This document shows, in pieces, positions 22,385-35,435 of a stretch of 64,000 bases of DNA (position 1 is the stretch's first letter; each line of letters opens with the position of its first letter). Origin of the DNA: Antedon mediterranea (taxonomy: Eukaryota > Animalia > Echinodermata); NCBI RefSeq assembly GCF_964355755.1, contig NC_092678.1, forward strand, positions 1,380,422 to 1,444,421. Direction: 5' to 3'. Made by a program: the position numbers and the translations under genes. The notes below the pieces were generated by a model. That model worked only from the letters and a program-made list of their open reading frames with translations. It was not told the origin of the DNA and made no database searches.

Positions 22385-25300
22385 ATGCCTGCCAGAAGAA
22401 CTGTTCGAACAGCCTACATGGCAGGTTAGTACAGTTTACAGAAATATTTTTGTAGTAAGAAATTTATTTGTATAAATTATAATATACGGTTATATAGGCT
22501 GTATCAATTCGTCGGTTTGGATAAATAGCCCGCAAAAATAATACTGTATATCCATTTCTACCATATTTAAGCATATCACTACCATATTTGTGCACATCAT
22601 ACCTTTGTTGTTAGTGATAGTGTAGACAGAGCTTTAGAAAAGACTGAGCTTAATTTTGGATAAACTAGAAAACTGGATTAAATCATTGAAAACAAAATAC
22701 TGGACACAAGAGCCATAACAAACCATCAGTTAGACAGAGCAATATTGTGTTGATGACTAAAGCTTGGTTCTCACTAGAACGTAACGCAAGGACGTAAACG
22801 CAACGCAAGCGTTTTAACCAATGACAAGCGAAGTATATAGACAGTTAGAAATCACAAGCGAATAAGCCATCGCTTGTGATTGGTTAAAACGCTTGCGTTG
22901 CGTTTACGTCCTTGCGTTACGTTCTAGTGGGAACCAAGCTTAACAAATAACATGTTTAAGCCACCTAAGAACCAACACTCTTTAACAACAACAACAAAAT
23001 GGTATAAGCATACTATGTCTCCTTTTGCGTCAATCACCACAATCTAGGTACGATCCCTTTAATCAAATGAAAGCTATACATATACAATTATCTATATTTT
23101 TCAATTTACCTGTCAAGGTAAGCGACGATCGAGAAACAATTTGCAATGTTTTGACAAGAGTGGGATTATTAAATACTTATTAGCACTCTCATTATTCTGT
23201 TAACATGTTCGCGTTACGTATCCTCATCCACTTTTGTCAAATTGATCATGGAGAAATGAACCGAACACCTTCATGAAATTTAATTTCCCTTGCGATCACG
23301 TTTGATTTGGTTTTATTATTGGAACAAATGCAATATTAGTTTAGTTATCATATAGTACACATTTCGACTTGTGACGAACTAGGACCTAGTAGGTCTGTGC
23401 ACTAAAACTGTGTCGAAGAATCGGGTGAGTAAATACGTTTCAATGTCGTCGCATGCGCACAATGAATTAACATGACTAACTAGGTCCTTATAAGTCATCC
23501 AAAATCTCTGTAATTTTGTTTAGTAGATAAATATATACGAATTTCATTTTATTTGTTTTATTATTTGTATATATTTCAGGGAAAAAAAATAGAAACCAAA
23601 CAGAACACATTATATCCTAAAATTACATTAAAAACAACTATAAAATAAAACTGAATAAATCATTGACAATTCTCCGATTCTGCAGTTGTTCCTAGATAGA
23701 TTCTAACAGACTATCGCAAGTCATAAGAATTATGAAAATGTGAAGGATGTTTTAACACTTCGGCAACCCGTATTCAAGGGACACTCCTATTTAGGGAGAC
23801 ACTTTTTTGATTCCCAATATGTCCTCTTAATACAGGTTCTACTAAATATGAAACCGGTACTTTCTCGTGTTGTTTTATGTAGGCCTATTAAGAAGAAACT
23901 GTGATTTGAAATTGAAATTACCGAACACAAATAATCAATATTTATTTTAGGAATAACTGCAACTCTTGAATTTTGATATGTGACCTTTTAATATGTGTAG
24001 TTGACCTTGTCATATACCACGTTTTAAATGAAACCAATTATTGATCCAACTTGTCGATGTGAGCTTCGATTAGTGACAAACCCGTTAAAATGGGGTAGGC
24101 CTATTGCACAATTTAAGTGGAATTAAATATATTGTTTTAATGGGTAATAATTGCGTGCGGTATGTCGCAAGGTTAGTGTTAAAAGCTAAAGCTAAAAATA
24201 GTAATAAGCTATTGCTAATTAGGATCTCATGTACTATTATACACTTTATTAGGTATTCTCTGTGAATGATTAGACGGAACAATCACAAATTATATCGGAA
24301 TGAAAATACGAATAGATACGAATACGAATACGATACGAATACGAATAGATGGACACATTCTGGTCCCAACAAAGTGTCCCTTTTATAGTGCTTATTTATT
24401 ATTACGGATACGAATAGATACGAATACGAATACGAATATATTTATTATTACGGTCGTAAGTGACTAACTCCTTATAATTCATCACAAATCGAAAGCTCTC
24501 AGTTTAGTAGATAATACATAAATAAGAACTTTTATTTCTCTTTTCATTTTGAATATAAACTACAATAAAAACAACTATAAAATAAAACTGAATAAATGAT
24601 AACAATTTACACACGTCGTAACAATGTATTGCAAACAAGTTTATGTCTGGTATGGCTGGTAAAAAATCACAGTTAAATTCGTCAACAAAACCTAGGCCCA
24701 ACTTAAACTGAAAATAAATGTAAAATAAGAGAAGAAATGAGCGGGGTATAGTTACATATTTATGACCAATTATAACTAATTATAGTCTTCATACTTGCAC
24801 TGCTGATGAAGAGCTAGTGTTTCCCGAAAGCTCTGCTAACTTTTCTGGCTGTTTTACTTTATCGTTTTGATTTAGCTTTTCGCTTTTTTTTTTTGTATCT
24901 CCATTGAGATCCAGCCACTGATACCCACAGCATTGTCATTTGTTCAGTAATTTGCCTTTGGATTTAATTATAGTCTTCATTGTATTAATGGTCATGTTTC
25001 ATGTTGCTAGCTATATCATGATGTTTATCATGTTCATTAAAATATCCTCAATGTCGTTACGATCCATCACATTTTAGTTTTACTTAGAATTTAAGATTAA
25101 AGTATAAAGAATGGCGCTTCTATCTAATCCTATCGAATGTTTCAGACACTTAACATTAATATAAAACTAACTATCAATAACGCGAGCATGCAATACGCTT
25201 TAGCCAATCAAATAACGTGTAACTGACAATTACCTTAACCAATGAAATAACGCGTAGCCGACAATCCAATCAAATAACTCATGGAGCAGACAATATACTT

Positions 25301-28300
25301 AACCAATCATTTAACGAGTAATAGATTATCGTTAACCAATCAAATACCGCGTCTAGACAATTATTAACCAATCAAGTATCGCTTTTAGGTAACACTTTAA
25401 AAATAACTACTTTAAAGTAAATCCCACATTTTACACATAATTAATTACCATGGAAACTGTAATCATTATCATATTATTTTAATCTGAATTGTTTAAACCA
25501 AGCACGACGTCAGAGCGTGAACAGGAATTGTAACGATCACACGCTCCCGAGAAGTTACATAGTTAGTTTTTTTATGGGCAAATTATTACGAATAGGATAA
25601 TTTGGAATTACTATGCGGATATATATTTTCGTAATGGCGACTAAAATATAACTAATCAAGAATATTTCTACGAACCGAAAAAAGCGATAATTTCGTCAAA
25701 TTAAAAAGTTATTTAAGGTAAGATGATAAATGTTAGATTTATTTTAATTAAAACTCTAAAATAAATTGATTAATCAATTTAATTGGTTGTAGGTCTATTT
25801 TAGAAGTGCTAGGAATGATAGAGTCGCATCAGTATAAACAAAATTCATAAAAGCTGAACAATTTTGCGGCGTTGCCATTCCATGAGAGTTTGGGGGAGCC
25901 TTAAAGAAAAGTTCATAATAAAAACGAAAAACAGATTTTTTAATCTTTGTTATAAAAAATGATTAAAATAATATTTTAACTATGTTTTGGCAAAATCTTA
26001 AACAAAGAACTCTGTTATTGTTCATATTTGGCCAAATGAAGTACCGGTATACTACTATCACCTATTTAGTGATATAAACATCATCTGCACAATTCTTTGG
26101 AGAACGAGGCGCTTTAGTATAATAATGTACAGTACTATAGTCGTTATGGCGGCAAGTCTAATGCTGGATAAACTCGGTAATCGCAACAGACAGGTCACAC
26201 ATAGTATTAATGAGATATTTAGCCAATAGCCCCCAAACAAATGTGTTTGTTTACCTTCAAACTCTGTCCCAATTTTTCGAAAAGTTAAAAAAACCAATAC
26301 AGTATTTTTCACTTACTTTTAAGGAACTATTTGTTAATATTTACTATTTTTATATTATGTTTCTTAAGCTTTGTCTACAAAAACAAACTAGTTTGACAAA
26401 AACAAGTGTGATGTGCCCAAATATGGTATTGATATACCCAAATACGGTAGTGATATGACATCATCATGTCCATATATGGGCACATCACATTTGTTTGTCA
26501 AATAAAGTTTGATAGTGTTGACAGAGCTTTCTAACTGTACCTGTATTATTAAACAAACAAGCTTGAATTTGTCACGTTTCCCCGTTTAAAAAAAATGTTT
26601 GGGGTTATATAATTTGAAGACTCTTGTTCCGCGGCGCAAAGGGACACAAGAAGGTCTAATTCGTCATCTTCACATTTAGTTAAAACGTGTAGTAGAAACA
26701 GGACATACGTTTTAATAAAATTTAAAGTAATTAACGGTTATGCTATGAAATTTGTCTTTTTTCCATTAATCAAGATGTGAGAGATAATTCTTGTTCATCA
26801 ATCATCATAATTGATGTAGCAAACCTCTCGAGGCTTCCTTCTCACTCGAATGTAAATTACGATTGCGTGTAATCATAGTCCATTATACGACATGGCGGTA
26901 TGTAAAAGTTTAAATATATCTGGACTAATGCAACAAAAAATGAGCCGTTATTTACATTACTTAACCAGATTTTTGTTTGTTCGCTGGATAATCCTCTTTA
27001 ACGTTGTTTGTTTGAAATTGTAATTTTAATCTACTAATTATTCTGACCCTTTTTCGGAAATGTAACATTAAAATCCAATATAAAAATATAATATAGATAA
27101 AGCATGATGAATTATTGTGACATGAAAAATATGATGTGCCCATAATATATGGACACGATGATGTCATATCACTACCATTTGGACACATCACATCTCTTTT
27201 GTCAAACTAGTTTGATAGTGTATAGACAATACTTTATTACGCTTCTTCAGACTTTTTCATCGGGTAAATATTTCAATAACAGTTTGACATTTTAATTAAA
27301 GTGATGTAGAGTATGTCAATTTGTTGTACCAAGTATCTTCCGATACATTTTTAAAATAACATTCTATTTAATCATCTGGGATTTGCTACTTCATGTATTA
27401 TTTTGATAGCGATGGTATTCCTCGCTTGATATAATGTCATTATATCAATAGCATTCATCATTTTCTTGGTTGCTCTACTAGTCTACAGTCTATGTCTTGT
27501 ATAATGTTTAGTTGCTCTACTAGTCTACAGTCTATGTCTTGTATAATGTTTAGTTGCTCTACTAGTCTACAGTCTATGTCTTGTATAATGTTTAGTTGCT
27601 CTACTAGTCTACAGTCTATGTCTCGTATAATGTTTAGTTGCTCTACTAGTCTACAGTCTATGTCTCGTATAATGTTTAGTTGCTCTACTAGTCTACAGTC
27701 TATGTCTCGTATAATGTTTAGTTGCTCTACTAGTCTACAGTCTATGTCTCGTATAATGTTTAGTTGCTCTACTAGTCTACAGTCTATGTCTTGTATAATG
27801 TTTAGTTGCTCTACTAGTCTACAGTCTATGTCTTGTATAATGTTTAGTTGCTCTACTAGTCTACAGTCTATGTCTCGTATAATGTTTAGTTGCTCTACTA
27901 GTCTACAGTCTATGTCTTGTATAATGTTTAGTTGCTCTACTAGTCTACAGTCTATGTCTTGTATAATGTTTAGTTGCTCTACTAGTCTACAGTCTATGTC
28001 TTGTATAATGTTTAGTTGCTCTACTAGTCTACAGTCTATGTCTCGTATAATGTTTAGTTGCTCTACTAGTCTACAGTCTATGTCTTGTATAATGTTTAGT
28101 TGCTCTACTAGTCTACAGTCTATGTCTCGTATAATGTTTAGTTGCTCTACTAGTCTACAGTCTATGTCTTGTATAATGTTTAGTTGCTCTACTAGTCTAC
28201 AGTCTATGTCTCGTATAATGTTTAGTTGCTCTACTAGTCTACAGTCTATGTCTCGTATAATGTTTAGTTGCTCTACTAGTCTACAGTCTATGTCTCGTAT

Positions 28301-31300
28301 AATGTTTAGTTGCTCTACTAGTCTACAGTCTATGTCTCGTATAATGTTTAGTTGCTCTACTAGTCTACAGTCTATGTCTCGTATAATGTTTAGTTGCTCT
28401 ACTAGTCTACAGTCTATGTCTCGTATAATGTTTAGTTGCTCTACTAGTCTACAGTCTATGTCTCGTATAATGTTTAGTTGCTCTACTAGTCTACAGTCTA
28501 TGTCTCGTATAATGTTTAGTTGCTCTACTAGTCTACAGTCTATGTCTCGTATAATGTTTAGTTGCTCTACTAGTCTACAGTCTATGTCTCGTATAATGTT
28601 TAGTTGCTCTACTAGTCTACAGTCTATGTCTCGTATAATGTTTAGTTGCTCTACTAGTCTACAGTCTATGTCTCGTATAATGTTTAGTTGCTCTACTAGT
28701 CTACAGTCTATGTCTCGTATAATGTTTAGTTGCTCTACTAGTCTACAGTCTATGTCTCGTATAATGTTTAGTTGCTCTACTAGTCTACAGTCTATGTCTT
28801 GTATAATGTTTAGTTGCTCTACTAGTCTACAGTCTATGTCTCGTATAATGTTTAGTTGCTCTACTAGTCTACAGTCTATGTCTCGTATAATGTTTAGTTG
28901 CTCTACTAGTCTACAGTCTATGTCTCGTATAATGTTTAGTTGCTCTACTAGTCTACAGTCTATGTCTCGTATAATGTTTAGTTGCTCTACTAGTCTACAG
29001 TCTATGTCTCGTATAATGTTTAGTTGCTCTACTAGTCTACAGTCTATGTCTCGTATAATGTTTAGTTGCTCTACTAGTCTACAGTCTATGTCTCGTATAA
29101 TGTTTAGTTGCTCTACTAGTCTACAGTCTATGTCTCGTATAATGTTTAGTTGCTCTACTAGTCTACAGTCTATGTCTCGTATAATGTTTAGTTGCTCTAC
29201 TAGTCTACAGTCTATGTCTTGTATAATGTTTAGTTGCTCTACTAGTCTACAGTCTATGTCTCGTATAATGTTTAGTTGCTCTACTAGTCTACAGTCTATG
29301 TCTCGTATAATGTTTAGTTGCTCTACTAGTCTACAGTCTATGTCTTGTATAATGTTTAGTTGCTCTACTAGTCTACAGTCTATGTCTTGTATAATGTTTA
29401 GTTGCTCTACTAGTCTACAGTCTATGTCTCGTATAATGTTTAGTGTTTTAAGCTCTTTCTACACTATCAAAGTTTATATAGAGACGATGATGTCATATCA
29501 GTACCATATTTGGGCATATCACAACCATATTGAACACATCACACTTGTTTTTGTCTAGTTTGATTGTGTAGACAAAGCTTTAGACAGAATAATATACTTA
29601 ATTAACCAACATTGTCTTTTTGCAATCCCAGATCAGTTTGACCAAGATCCAACTGAAGAACAAATCGCGCGAATAATCAACCAGTCACAACGTCATCGGC
29701 CTGGACGACGTCTTAGCTCGATGGATAGAGCTCGCAGTGCAATAAGGACCATCAAGGGTCTATTTGTTCGATCGTTGTTTAGTATCTCCACAACACTGGC
29801 AGTATGGCGGGTTGTCATGGTAAAGGATACCTATGTGTATTGGTTCATATTAGGGCTTGTTGTTTTCTTGTATATCGAGGCTGTTGTCACTTTTATGCAA
29901 CGCGAGTCAGGAGAATGGAAATGGTAAGATAAGAGGCTTTTTTTCCGTTTCTTATTTTCTGTTGCAATAGTAAAATCTTATGTAAAGTTCTTACCAAAAG
30001 AGTAACAAAATATTAATTTTCTAAGCGCGAGAGTACGCACGTAAATGTTGTAGTGCACGCAAATGTTTACAAGAAATTGACCCTTTATGGAGTATACTTT
30101 TGGAAGATTTTGTACTTTTTGTTTTAGGCCTATTTATAAACAAAAATCTAATTTATTTCCGGATCTAAGATCTCTGTAATTTGTTTAAAGATACTTTAAA
30201 TTGAATTGTCAACATTGTTATTCTTAAGCCTTGATTTTTTTCCTGTTGTTGATTCAACTTAAAGTATATTTCAAATCCGATTAGGACAAGTGACATAACA
30301 TTAAAGTGCTTCTAAAGACGATACCTTATCAACTCGTGAACTTACAGAATATAATCAACTGTGACATAGTTTCTCTAAATATCGTTAGAAAATTTTAATT
30401 TGACCATTTATTTTTTCTAATAATATAATTGTGTAAATAAAAAAATGTTTGTGAACTTCGCACTGTATGAACTGCTGGAGATGATATTGTGACCTGCCGT
30501 TTTTATGACGTGCCACTCAACTACGCAGCTGTCGAGTAAAAAGTAATTCTACGCACGTACAAAAAGCACGTAACATGCGCATAATTACGCGTAGTCTAGT
30601 GGAGCGTCATGAAAAGTTGCTAATGGGATTGGAAAACTGAGGGCTTGGCGAAAGGGCTCTAAATAGACTGTGAATAAAAGTTATCTAAGCAGCTGTTGAT
30701 TTCTATACTAAGAATCTATCTAAGGATCATCTTTCTACAGCGATAAACTCGAGTATCATTCGAGGCTTAGGGTTTGGAGTAAAGAGTCGTGAGTTACAAC
30801 ATTTTTTACTTATTGAATCAGTCATTTAAATGTATACTTGTTTTACCCATTAGGTTTTGTCCAAGTGTCTTTTTCTACTTGCTAAGTATTCTTCCACCAC
30901 TGTGGATTCTAGAAGACGAGCTCTTGCACGAAAGAATACGTGCCACAAGACGTCAGAATCTTGATCTGGATCATTGTGTAGCTTCTGGTGAAATATTTCA
31001 AAACGTATCAAGTCTTGTAACAAATGTTGGAGTGAGTATCTTCTACGTGTGGTTTGTTCTTTCTAAAAGCTGATTATTATGGTTGTCTGGTTAGCTGAAG
31101 TCTTGAAAATATCTTTGGCTATAGTTAGGATAAATTAGAATATTTTTCTTCTTTCTTTTCTTAAGATGTTGATTCCAAAATAACTAATACATTTTCTGTT
31201 TTTCTTTCAGATTGAAATACCACTAGATTTGGAAGATCACAACTGGTCGTTAGCTCTTCAACAGACCCTTATCTTCTTGTTGATCCTCGGAAGATGGTGG

Positions 31301-32557
31301 CTGCCAAAGGGTGAGCTAACCAGAGACCAGTTGTCGCAGTTATTACTGGTGTACATCGGTATTGCTGCAGACATTTTGGAATTTGTCACAGAAGGCTTGA
31401 AAATACAAGAGGTTCGCTGCAATAAGATCTTGGTGTATTGGATCCTGATCATCTGGTCTTGGAGTCTTCTCCAGTTTACTCTTGGTCTCACGGTTACAAA
31501 ATCACGCAAGCCTAGAATATCTGGAGTTAACCAACGGTATGAAGGCCGCGTGTTGATGTGTAACATCTGTGAGACTGAGGTCTGGGGTATAGTGGTGACC
31601 ATTATAATGCAGGATGGACCATTTCTATCAATGCGGTTATATCTCCTAGTACATCTTAGAGTCATCAACCAAATGATGATCTTCTTCACTTTTAAGAACA
31701 TTCTAGTGATGCTGCTCCAGTTGTATCGTCTTCTTGTTCTTTATGTTGAAAAGCCGTCTGGTCCAACAGTTCTCGTCCAGACGGTGTACAAATACAAGAG
31801 ACAAAAGAATAAAAGTAAAGGACAGGAAGTTGCAACCAAGGGTTCTTTGCTCACTGCGTCTGAATACAATAAGTTAGTTGCAACAAGATCTGGAAATAAA
31901 GATCCTAAATTCACAATGTCGGCTGCTGAAATGATGGAATATGGTGATTCGGAGTTTGATGATCCGTTTGCGGATAGTCCATCTCTTAGGAATACGAATG
32001 TAAAGAAGAAAAATAATAAACCGCCGGCACCACAAGCAACCCGTAATCAAAGACCTCCACAGAGGGAACAAAGGAAGGATAGAACACCGAACAAAGATGT
32101 CAACGAATTATATCATTCTGGAAAACAAGACAAACAGGTTAAGAAAGAACCAATATTTTACACAAAATGTGAAACGAAAGACATGCAACCGCATTCTTCA
32201 AAAGATAAACAAACATTGAAATCTTTCAAAAACATTGACAAGAATAAATTGAAAGCGTTGGCGCCAAAAAAGAAGACCTTTGGTGACGTAGCAACCCAAG
32301 TGTTAAACCCAGCTAAAAAGTTGAACAAACACACGGAGAAAGCTAAATCTGTAGAGGGAGCTGTTGAAGCTAAGAAAGTTAACCATCTCATACAGATATA
32401 TGAGAAAAAAGATTCTAAAGAAAATTCCCCCGTCCGGCAGACAAGTCTGACCTTACAACCAAAGTATAAAAAGCGGGAACTTCAGCCAACTCGTTCGAAA
32501 TCTTTGGATTCAGACGAGAGTAATAAATGTCATATATTAACATTCAATGATTTATGA
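22385..32557 (+). CDS. TMEM26-like: TMEM26-family membrane protein, paralog 1 (~618 aa). Exons 22385-22424 (tentative), 29632-29923, 30854-31031, 31211-32557
   Basis: Motifs GEWKWFCPSVFFYL..PPLWILE, LGRWWLPKGELTRDQLSQLLLVYIGIAADILEF, QDGPF and FFTFKN match the TMEM26 family. GT-AG sites give consistent phases (1, 2, 0). The first exon MPARRTVRTAYMA|GTTAGT is phase-compatible but less certain; an ATG at 29721 is an alternative start. Confidence 0.85.
22761..22940. mobile_element. MITE family A (180-bp foldback, PIF/Harbinger-like) with TAA TSD
   Basis: Long near-perfect TIRs AGCTTGGTT[C/T]CCACTAGAACGTAACGCAAGGACG..., with TAA on both sides. Confidence 0.9.
24305..24438. repeat. (ATACGA)n simple repeats interrupted by a Tc1/mariner-like MITE fragment
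   Basis: ATACGA runs at 24305-24346 and 24402-24438, with GGACAC...GTGTCC between them. Confidence 0.6.
24793..24964 (+). mobile_element. 172-bp retroposed element with hammerhead-like core (Penelope pLTR or retrozyme-like)
   Basis: Flanked by the exact 16-bp direct repeat TAATTATAGTCTTCAT (24777-24792 and 24965-24980). Contains CTGATGA...CGAAAGCTC. A second, inverted copy lies at 51560-51693. Confidence 0.65.
25201..25382 (+). promoter_or_regulatory. Cluster of six CCAAT boxes, candidate alternative promoter of TMEM26-like 1
   Basis: Six CCAAT[C/G]A motifs spaced about 30-40 bp apart. A strong donor AAG|GTAAGA follows at 25717/25718. Confidence 0.35.
26367..26528. mobile_element. MITE family B copy
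   Basis: Same TIRs and internal CATCATGTCCATATATGGGCACATCAC. Confidence 0.8.
27469..29444. repeat. 42-bp minisatellite, ~47 copies (GTTGCTCTACTAGTCTACAGTCTATGTCT[C/T]GTATAATGTTTA), intronic
   Basis: Direct period of 42 with one polymorphic site. It generates the spurious 688-aa ORF. Confidence 0.97.
29451..29579. mobile_element. MITE family B copy, TTA TSD
   Basis: TIRs AGCTCTTTCTACACTATCAAA / TTTGATTGTGTAGACAAAGCT with TTA on both sides. Confidence 0.8.
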
Positions 32558-33474
32558 GTTTTTAGTTCATTTCTAAATCTACAAAACAGGATGATGAGTT
32601 AATATAAAAACCGTCGAGTAAAAGGAATTAACAATTTGTATCCTTTGTTTAGTTTGGCATCGATGCTGTCATAATAATACACTTTTACTACTGTGGGTAA
32701 TTGGGTTCAATACGGTGTATTGCGTTTGCAGACGGTTGAGTCATTCTTCTTTTATGAGAGCATTTTTGGAGGGAGCATCAGCGCAAAACTACTAAACACA
32801 GTATCTGGACCTGATTACCTTCGGGATGGACGGAATGTTGGAACAACCTTTTATTAAGAATGGTTATGACCACATGACCCAATCCCTATTGGCCGAATCT
32901 TTATTCACCGAGTCCATTGCCAAATCCATTCACCGAGTTCATTCACCGAGTCCATTCATCTAGTCCATTGCCGAGTCCATTTGACAAATTCTAATTTTCT
33001 GATCAACAATGAAAAAGAATATTTCTACACTACACTCTTATTAAACTGAATTTTGCCGAATGTATTAAACTCCAACTTCAATGTTTGATTCGTCACTCTT
33101 ACTGTGTAGAAACACTGACAATTATCTTGTTTTGTTTCTTGTATACCTTTATGCGCTGTGCCGTTTGTTATTGTTTTAAGTAAAAGTTAAATTCAATAAC
33201 ACCTACCTCGACCAATAGCCTAGTTCTAAACACTATATTACCTCTTTTAAAGATCATGTTGACAATTTATTGTACAGTGTTACATGTATTTCAACAGCAT
33301 AGATTTTCGCGGGAAGAGATGGAAATCGAGAAGAAACACAAGAGGATACAATGCATGCGTAGTTCCATCTTCTCACTTCCTTTCATAAACTATTCTCTTT
33401 AGTGAAACGTTTTTCTACAGTTTCTGTTTCTAAAGCTTTGTCTACACTATCAAACATTTCTGGATCCACCATTA

Positions 33475-33633
33475 AGCTCTGTCTACACTATCAACATTTA
33501 TGCGACAAAAGTGTGATATGCCCATATATGGACATGATAATGTCATATCACTACCACATTTAAGCATATCACTACCATATTTGGACACATCAAACTTTTT
33601 TTGTCAAACTAGTTTGATAGTGTTGACAAAGCT
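33475..33633. mobile_element. MITE family B copy, preceded by a solo TIR at 33434
   Basis: TIRs and internal family sequence present. Confidence 0.8.
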
Positions 33634-33729
33634 TTTACAAAATGCGAAATCAAAGTTCAGAAAATGAATTACCGGTATGCGTTCATAATAAATTCGTCTT
33701 GAGAGAATGAGAGACGACATGCTTTATGC

Positions 33730-33938
33730 GTGTGTTTGAGTCTAGCAGTTCAGTCCATCACCCGATTTTAAAGCCTTTAGTGCACAACGTTTGAGTCTAG
33801 CAGTGTGTTTGAGTCTAGCAGTTCAGTCCATCACCCGATTTTAAAGCCTTTAGTGCACAACGTTTGAGTCTAGCAGTGTGTTTGAGTCTAGCAGTTCAGT
33901 CCATCACCCGATTTTAAAGCCTTTAGTGCACAACGTTT
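33730..33938. repeat. 73-bp tandem repeat x ~3
   Basis: CCATCACCCG recurs at about 33755, 33828 and 33901. Confidence 0.9.
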
Positions 33939-35024
33939 TGACAACCGTGCAATATGGTATGAAACCGTATCTATAAATTGATGTAAATACTGGTGAATTA
34001 ATGATTAATCTATTTATAGATATATGCTGTTTGTAAATGCGTAACTTGTGTTTAGTTTTAAAAAGCATCGTTTTGCTCTGGTAAGCAATGATTTAGAAAA
34101 TTTGAGAGAATTTTATATATGTATAATGTATTAAGTACAGAAGAGGGCTAGTAATAGCATACACATTATAATATTAAATATTTATTTATTACCATATCAT
34201 AATATGCTGTGTACGTATTTCATTGTGTAAATTAAAAAAAAAACAAAGAACATACTGAATTCGAATTAAGTTGGGGCTTCCCCGTCCATATCAGTGTGAC
34301 GTCGTTGAGTCCCACTGGGGCGCAACTCAAAGAGAATGCGCAACGCAAGTCATTTTGACCAATCACAAGCGACAGATCACAGAACTGTGATTGTTCAAAT
34401 TATAGCCTACACATTTGTTTTTGTTCACGATAAGTCACCGTCGCATAACTACACGTTTAATTTTATAGTTTATTTAGTTCATTTTCGTTTTTTAAATTCA
34501 TGAAATATTCATGTATTGCAATACACGTATGTCAGTAGTGAATATACTTCTATAGTTATATTAGTTGTATTAAATTTTATTTTTAATTTAATAGTAAATC
34601 AATATACCATTATTATAATTCTTCTACGTGCATTTAAATGATGTTTTTAAAACCTTTTGTTTAGAGTGCTGCAGTTGTCTACAGCAATGCCAAGGCTACC
34701 CCCACAGTTCAACAATATAGACAGGTAAAACAAAAAGCACTTAAAATGTCTTTTATTGTGCATTATAACATGAATAAAATATAGTTAATCTCACAGCCAA
34801 GTGGACCCAAGGGTACGTGTATAACACGGGTATGCTATTCGTTATGTATTTAGTATTATACACTGTTCTCCTGTGTATATTTCATATTAACAAATGTATT
34901 GTATCCATAAATTATTACATTAGGCCTACTGCTAAATTTATAGGCTAGTTTTTGAGTCAATTTATCCGTCAACTTATTCTCATTTATGAGACCATTTACG
35001 CACATCCATGGATGCATATATCTT

Positions 35025-35435
35025 TCCATCCACGGCCGCCTTTTCCATACGTTAATCCAATCATTTTCCCATTCAGTCATGTTTATTTATCCCAGTAGTT
35101 TGCCATTCATAATTCCCTTCATCCACGGCCGCCTTTTCCATACGTTAATCCAATCATTTTCCTATTCAGTCATGTTTATTTATCCCAATAGTTTGCCATT
35201 CATAAATTCCCTTCATCCACGGCCGCCTTTTCCATACGTTAATCCAGTCATGTTTATTTATCCCAGTAGTTTTCCATTCATAAAAATCCCTTCATCTACG
35301 GCCGCCTTTTCCATACATTAATCCAGTCATTTTCACCATCCAGTCATGTTTTAATTTAGTCAAATTTCCATCCAGTCATGTTTATTTATCCCAAGAGTTT
35401 TCCATTCATACAAATGCCTTCATCCACGGCCGCAT
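35025..35435. repeat. Degenerate 75-95-bp tandem repeat (CATCCACGGCCGCCTTTTCCATACGTTAATCC...)
   Basis: Core motif repeated five times. Confidence 0.85.

Noticed and set aside
27492-29558. 688-aa ORF (MSRIMFSCSTSLQS)n
   Set aside because: Product of a 42-bp minisatellite with no synonymous variation. It runs into a MITE and lies in a predicted intron.
31258-32391. Minus-strand ORFs (147, 65 and 77 aa) over TMEM26-like 1, and the similar ORFs at 39535-39819 and 39757-40131
   Set aside because: Antisense or alternate-frame shadows of real coding exons.
34986-35321. 111-aa ORF here and the 93-aa ORF at 55192-55473
   Set aside because: Translations of tandem repeats.
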